A stretch of DNA of 41,791 bases from contig CP070689.1 in NCBI GenBank assembly GCA_020353155.1, positions 1,239,843-1,281,633 on the forward strand, given 5' to 3'. The position numbers were made by a program, and so were the translations under genes. Every line of letters begins with the position of its first letter. Position 1 is the first letter of the stretch. The stretch is from Deltaproteobacteria bacterium. Its GTDB lineage: Bacteria; Desulfobacterota; Syntrophobacteria; BM002. Below are positions 37,064 through 41,791 of this stretch, piece after piece. The notes below the pieces were generated by a model. It saw only the letters and a program-made list of their open reading frames with translations. It searched no databases and was not told the DNA's origin.

Positions 37064-37713
37064 TACACCCGACGTTTAATATTTATGATGTAGACACTTC
37101 TGGAGACACGGTCAGCCTGATCCGAAATCTCGCCCATCTGGACCACTAATTCTTTGAGCTGCATCTTCTCAAAAGGTTCAACGTCTGAAGCAAAAATCTT
37201 TCTAACTATTTCTCGCTCTATGTGGTCACATCTACTTTCGTGCTTGTCAATGGTGGACACCAGAGGCTTGATATCCTCGGTTTTCTTGAAATAGGCTTCT
37301 ACTTGTCTCATCACTAACTCGCAGCATTCCAGAGATACCCGCATAAGTTCTCTAAGATCGGGAGTGATGAAATCCGGAACTTTGAGTTTCTGGCCTTGTA
37401 TCATAAAAAGAACCGTCTCGAAGTGAGTGGGAATGAGGTCTATTGACTCTAGAAGTCTCAATATGTCACCACGTGACTCGGGAATCAGTACTTTTGAATA
37501 CATCATTTCTATGATTTCGTTGCGAAAATCGTCAGCTCTTGATTCGAATTTATGAGTCTGCTCAATTAGAAAATCGCAATTCTCTCCCAGACCGAAGTCG
37601 AAATAGCAATCCATTGCCTTTTCAAAGTGCTCCTGAGTGCTTCTGAGATTATCCAAGTATTTTGATATGAGCTCTTGTACCTGCTGCTCTTTTCTGAAGA
37701 GGAATTTGAACAT
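37063..37713 (-). CDS. DUF47 / PhoU-like phosphate transport regulator
   Basis: Two E-x-x-x-D repeats (ESRADD, ESRCDH); stop overlaps the PiT start. Confidence 0.92.
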   Translation of the reverse strand: MFKFLFRKEQQVQELISKYLDNLRSTQEHFEKAMDCYFDFGLGENCDFLIEQTHKFESRADDFRNEIIEMMYSKVLIPESRGDILRLLESIDLIPTHFETVLFMIQGQKLKVPDFITPDLRELMRVSLECCELVMRQVEAYFKKTEDIKPLVSTIDKHESRCDHIEREIVRKIFASDVEPFEKMQLKELVVQMGEISDQADRVSRSVYIINIKRRV

Positions 37714-37967
37714 GTTGAATCCTTAGCAATGATGTTCCTGTAGACCAACAGCTACTGTGGGTGTGCTTTCAGGAAAAGGAAAATACTATTCAACTGTCCT
37801 TCATTGATCGTAGCCTACACCCCAGTAATTAGTGTAAACTGCTTGTCAAATATTACGCTTAACAGAAATCAGCAAGGTTTGTGCCATTTTGTCGGCTAGC
37901 CCGGATGTTTCATCAATTGCCGTCGCGAGACAACTGGCATGAGCGGGCTTGTGTTAGAGGAGAACCA

Positions 37968-38267
37968 ATGATGAAGTCAAAACTTTATTGTCTGGTGTTA
38001 GCGCTGGCATCGTTATTGTTCTTGGTCACAGTAATACCTACACTGGCTGCGGAGGCAGGGCGTTATCAAGCATTAGAGATAAGTGTGGGTAAGAAGAGTG
38101 AATACAACATCTTCATCCTAGATACGAAAGAGGGGCACATGTGGCTTCTAGAAACCAAGGAGAGCAGAGTGGACGGCAAGCTCTCTGGTGGTTTGAAGTA
38201 TCAGGGCAAATTGCGCCCAGGGAACAAGGCGGGGCAGATCATTTTTGAGTTCGGCAAGACAGAGTAA
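37968..38267 (+). CDS. Exported hypothetical protein
   Basis: GAGGAG RBS; signal peptide; GRYQ...FILDTKEGHMW. Confidence 0.75.
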   Translation: MMKSKLYCLVLALASLLFLVTVIPTLAAEAGRYQALEISVGKKSEYNIFILDTKEGHMWLLETKESRVDGKLSGGLKYQGKLRPGNKAGQIIFEFGKTE

Positions 38268-38391
38268 AAAGTGCGGGTCCCGAGGACTTAGACAGCCTCG
38301 CAAAATGTTATGATTTCAGGTTTCAAGGAAAAAAATAAAGGGTAAAACCTGGCACCTGAACACTGAAACCTTAGAATTGTGATTTGTTGCT

Positions 38392-39216
38392 CTACAATTC
38401 GATCGTCATTCCCTCTCTTGCATAAAAGGCCATGGGGAAAGTCTTCTGAACCTTCAATTCCACCTCAAAAAGAAAGTTATCCGAGTGTTCTGGGTCGTGA
38501 TGAAATAGGGCAAGTTTTTTCGCTCCTGCCCGTTCTGCAACCTCTGCCGCCTGCTCCCAACTGCTGTGACCCCATCCCTTTCTCTCTTTTAATTCATCAG
38601 GAGTGTATTGCGCATCGTGAATGAGGAGGTCGGCATTTCTGGAAAGGGCCACTACATTTTTATCTAATCCATCCCCATGCTCTACGTCTGTACAATAAAC
38701 TAGGGTCTTGTCGCCTTCCGTAATGCGATAACCGTATGCACCCCCAGGATGATTGTGCTTGGAGGCTACTATTTCAATGCCCATGGGGTGGACAAATTCT
38801 GTTAGGTCAGGTTGCCAGAAAGTCAACTGCGCCCCGATTTTATCCAAGGGAACAGGGAAGTAATCAAACTGCATCTGGGTGGCAAAAACGGACTTGAGAT
38901 CTTTTGAACCTCTACCTTTGCCACAGATAGCCAAAGTGATGTTACGTCGCGGATCATTTGCAAGTTTAAAAAAAGGAAAACCCTGGATGTGGTCCCAGTG
39001 GGTATGGGAGAAACCGATTATCATCTCACTATATTGTTCGTGAGACGCGGCCAGAAGATCATTACCCAGCTTTCGAATCCCTGTGCCGGCATCTAAAATG
39101 GCGACTCTACCGGTGCTGAAAGTTACCAGAATGCAAGAAGTATTACCCCCAAACTCCACAAAGTCAGGATCGGGGACCGGAATAGATCCTCTCGTGCCGT
39201 AGAAGGTAACTCTCAT
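38392..39216 (-). CDS. MBL-fold metallo-hydrolase (RNase Z / phosphodiesterase-like)
   Basis: GTRGSIP, GGNTSC, DAGTG, SHTHWDHIQG, HPGG, TDVE, HDAQY, GWGHS and FHHDP motifs. Confidence 0.93.
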   Translation of the reverse strand: MRVTFYGTRGSIPVPDPDFVEFGGNTSCILVTFSTGRVAILDAGTGIRKLGNDLLAASHEQYSEMIIGFSHTHWDHIQGFPFFKLANDPRRNITLAICGKGRGSKDLKSVFATQMQFDYFPVPLDKIGAQLTFWQPDLTEFVHPMGIEIVASKHNHPGGAYGYRITEGDKTLVYCTDVEHGDGLDKNVVALSRNADLLIHDAQYTPDELKERKGWGHSSWEQAAEVAERAGAKKLALFHHDPEHSDNFLFEVELKVQKTFPMAFYAREGMTIEL

Positions 39217-39426
39217 TCTAGTTCCTTATCCTTTTTCAATATCTAGTCGGCATAGAGGCTGAGTCATTTAAAAACTTAACAATGGCACTATGGGGAGAGG
39301 AATTGACGGACAACTTTACCATAAAATATAGAGAGAAGGCAAAATTATCAAAGGGAGTTCAGTTAAATCTCAGTTGACTGGTAATAATTAGATGGGTTTG
39401 AAAACGATTTTTTTTGGACGGCTTCC

Positions 39427-40050
39427 CTATTCACCATCGGATATCAACCTGATGACCTCATCGGCCAAACTTTGGTCTAGTTTTTTGAGAACCCCCCATG
39501 CCTCTAAGGCTGAAGCTTGGTCGCCGAGTTTTAAATAGATCAATGCCAAGGCATAGTGGGCCTGTGCGTATTGAGGCTTGATCTGAACCGCCTTTCTGCA
39601 AACTTCCAAAGCATCGTTGTTGCGACCAAGCACAGTGTAGGCCACTCCGAGTCCTAAGTAGGCTTCGGCGTGATGGGGACTTAATGCAACCGACTTAGCA
39701 AAAGAGGCAAGAGCTTTCTCCCATAATTCCAGCCGGGAATAGGTAATGCCCAAACCGAAATAGGCTAGGGCATAATCGGGCTCGGCTAGAGCAGCTTTTT
39801 CGAAAGCCTCGATGGCCTCATGCCACCGCCTCTGATCATAATAGCTCAATCCTTTAGAGAAAGAAGTTGCAGCAGAATCATATGGGCTAAAATCATTAAT
39901 TTCTTCACGATCAACATCTCCCTTACCGTGATATTCGCCAGCAGAAGATGTTAGGGCTTTGGAAAAGGTTGTCACAGCTGGAAGCTGAGAGATGGTAATG
40001 ACCAGCGAAAATACTAAAAAAGCCTTTGGAAATTTAGAACCTGAAATCAT
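39427..40050 (-). CDS. Exported TPR-repeat protein
   Basis: N-terminal hydrophobic segment; about four TPRs (A.AYFGLG..Y...A...F.KA..L.P). Confidence 0.9.
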   Translation of the reverse strand: MISGSKFPKAFLVFSLVITISQLPAVTTFSKALTSSAGEYHGKGDVDREEINDFSPYDSAATSFSKGLSYYDQRRWHEAIEAFEKAALAEPDYALAYFGLGITYSRLELWEKALASFAKSVALSPHHAEAYLGLGVAYTVLGRNNDALEVCRKAVQIKPQYAQAHYALALIYLKLGDQASALEAWGVLKKLDQSLADEVIRLISDGE

Positions 40051-40343
40051 ATGTTCCCTTGACCCCTTTACCTTTACCCACCTTGGCTAGACAAGAACCA
40101 TACCAGTTTGCCAATTTATAATAATATATAATATTAACAGCCATTTAAATCTATTGCAGGTTTGAGCTTGTTGCAGGATGGTGGCAAATGAATTCATAGA
40201 TTGGTAAAAGAAATTCCACTTGTGGGCAATTTGGCGGGTGAAACAAATTCAGGTGGAGTGTAAGAGTGAAGATACCTTTTTGATTATGCTGATTAATCTT
40301 CGATCAACTGCTCTGAGATTTGGATCACTATTCACTTCAACTT

Positions 40344-41252
40344 CTAAACAGCTTTTTTCTTTTTCTTCTTTGTCTTTCTTTTGCGTCGTCGCGCATCCCA
40401 ATCGGAATAAAGCTCAGGATAGGCTACTTTCCAAGGTTTGAGGAGCCAAAACCACTGGTCTGGATATTTCCTCACCATCTCTTCAACTATAGCAATCATA
40501 CGCTGGGTATTCGTTTGGATATCACGGCGCAAGTCGCCCGTTCTCGTCAATTCAAAAGGTGTCTTCACCTGGATGGTGAGCTCGCCGTCAGGTTCGCGGA
40601 CGGAAAAGGCTGGTAATACCAGACTCTTACATCGTAGCGCCAGTAAGGCAGCTGCAGGGGACGCAGTGGCCTTGTGGCCGAAAAAGGTAACCTCAACCCC
40701 CTGTTTGCGCCTACTCTGGTCTATCAACATACCAATTACTTCGCCCCTGCGGAGGCCCTCGGTAATTTTCGGCAATGCGCCTTTCTTGTCTACGATGATA
40801 TTGCCTAGACGGTTGCGCGAGCGACTCAGCAGGATATCGGCCCAGCCATAACGCATCTTTGCCGCCACACCAAGCATGGGCTTTCTGTAATAATTGGTGA
40901 AATGAAGACCAACTTCCCAGTTCCCCATGTGGGCGGAAACAATGACTACACCCTGATTACCTTTTATGACATCGATGAAATTTTCCTCCCCCTCAATTCG
41001 GCACATGTTAAAGACTTCATCATGGGACATGAAAGAAGATTGGAACATTTCCACCAGGTTGATGCCGAAATTCATGAAGACACGTCTGCTGAGCTCACGG
41101 ATTTCCTGGTAGGACCACTCAGGATAACAAAACTGCAAATTCCTCTGCACCAGCCGTCTATGAGGTACAGCTAGAGAATAGAAGATCAGCCCCAGAAGCC
41201 TCCCTGAGCTGATAATGAGGCGCCGAGGTATTCTGGTAATACCGGATTTCAC
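40344..41252 (-). CDS. Lipid A acyltransferase LpxL/HtrB-like (lysophospholipid acyltransferase family)
   Basis: SAHMGNWE, LIDQ, VTFFG and YPDQWFW motifs. Confidence 0.92.
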   Translation of the reverse strand: MKSGITRIPRRLIISSGRLLGLIFYSLAVPHRRLVQRNLQFCYPEWSYQEIRELSRRVFMNFGINLVEMFQSSFMSHDEVFNMCRIEGEENFIDVIKGNQGVVIVSAHMGNWEVGLHFTNYYRKPMLGVAAKMRYGWADILLSRSRNRLGNIIVDKKGALPKITEGLRRGEVIGMLIDQSRRKQGVEVTFFGHKATASPAAALLALRCKSLVLPAFSVREPDGELTIQVKTPFELTRTGDLRRDIQTNTQRMIAIVEEMVRKYPDQWFWLLKPWKVAYPELYSDWDARRRKRKTKKKKKKAV

Positions 41253-41304
41253 TGTCCCATTTATATTGGCAGAGAGGGGAGCGGCTACCAGCGTCTGCCC
41301 CTTT

Positions 41305-41332
41305 CAACAAAGCCGCCCTTGGAGAGGCGGCT
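41305..41332 (-). terminator. Hairpin downstream of tRNA-Val
   Basis: AGCCGCC / GGCGGCT stem followed on the minus strand by TTGTT. Confidence 0.6.
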
Positions 41333-41349
41333 CGATAGGTTTCGTTGGA

Positions 41350-41425
41350 TGGTGGGCGGGGAGAGATTCGAACTCTCGACTTCCGCCGTGTGAGGACGGC
41401 ACTCTCACCACTGAGTTACCCGCCC
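41350..41425 (-). tRNA. tRNA-Val(CAC)
   Basis: GGGCGGG/CCCGCCC acceptor stem, ACCA end, anticodon arm CCGTC-CT-CAC-AC-GGCGG, GTTCGAATC T-loop; 76 nt. Confidence 0.97.
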
Positions 41426-41494
41426 ACGTCCTATCCCTCGCGGGTGCAATCTCTATACACCACCGTACCGAATCATGCAACCCCATTGTATTAA

Positions 41495-41650
41495 AGAATT
41501 CAGTAGCCAGTAGCCAGAATTCAGAGAGGCATACGGCTCAAGGCTCAGGGCACAGGGAAAAATATTTAATCTTGCACTGCCTTGCACCTTGCATCTATCT
41601 CATATCTCAAATCCGCATTCCGCAATCCGAAATCCAAAATCTAAAATGCC
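41495..41650. repeat. Four consecutive heptamer arrays
   Basis: CAGTAGC CAGTAGC CAGAATT; GGCATAC GGCTCAA GGCTCAG GGCACAG; CTTGCAC-type units; ATCTCAA ATCCGCA TTCCGCA ATCCGAA ATCCAAA ATCTAAA. Confidence 0.8.
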
Positions 41651-41665
41651 TCAATTCCAGCATAC

Positions 41666-41791
41666 CTAAATTCTCAAGTTATTTGCATGGTACTCCTGTA
41701 AAGAAGTGACCTCCAATTCTCCTTCACATATTGCCGCAATCGCCTGGGCAAAAGCTTTTGCACCGGCAATGGTTGTTGCGTAGGGAAGATT
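41666..41791 (-). CDS. carB: Carbamoyl-phosphate synthase large subunit, C-terminal end only
   Basis: Hand translation NLPYATTIAGAKAFAQAIAAICEGELEVTSLQEYHANNLRI* matches the CarB MGS-domain tail (PY.TT..GA...V.SLQEYH). Confidence 0.85.
   Translation of the reverse strand, partial: NLPYATTIAGAKAFAQAIAAICEGELEVTSLQEYHANNLRI

Noticed and set aside
41350-41425. tRNA-Val as an integration site for an island
   Set aside because: No integrase, and I saw no duplicated tRNA 3' end elsewhere in the window.
41215-41709. 164-aa ORF across the tRNA
   Set aside because: Antisense to tRNA-Val and runs through heptamer arrays.

Overview
A 41.8-kb chromosomal segment that is mostly housekeeping and envelope genes. 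It most likely comes from an anaerobic deltaproteobacterium (Desulfobacterota-like); this is inferred from the gene repertoire and the many sigma54 promoters. It runs from a truncated engB/yihA through a PLP aminotransferase, hisG, hisI, a hydantoinase/oxoprolinase-deacetylase-rlmN operon, envelope, redox and signalling genes and a DUF47-PiT pair, to tRNA-Val(CAC) and the 3' end of carB. No transposase, integrase, prophage or CRISPR array is visible. The most interesting signals are non-coding. (1) Two, possibly three, tandem sibling sRNA-like units at about 12.7-13.1 kb. Each has a promoter, a 5' hairpin, a shared ACTCT(C)TTTCTCCTT anti-Shine-Dalgarno seed and a terminator, and the seed can pair with the RBS of the adjacent dodecin gene. 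(2) Degenerate 7-bp tandem arrays in many intergenic spaces, often arranged as mirror-image pairs. (3) Several sigma54 promoters in front of uncharacterised proteins, including a TIR-wHTH fusion and a SPOR-beta-barrel fusion. All calls were made by eye from motifs; no database searches were run.
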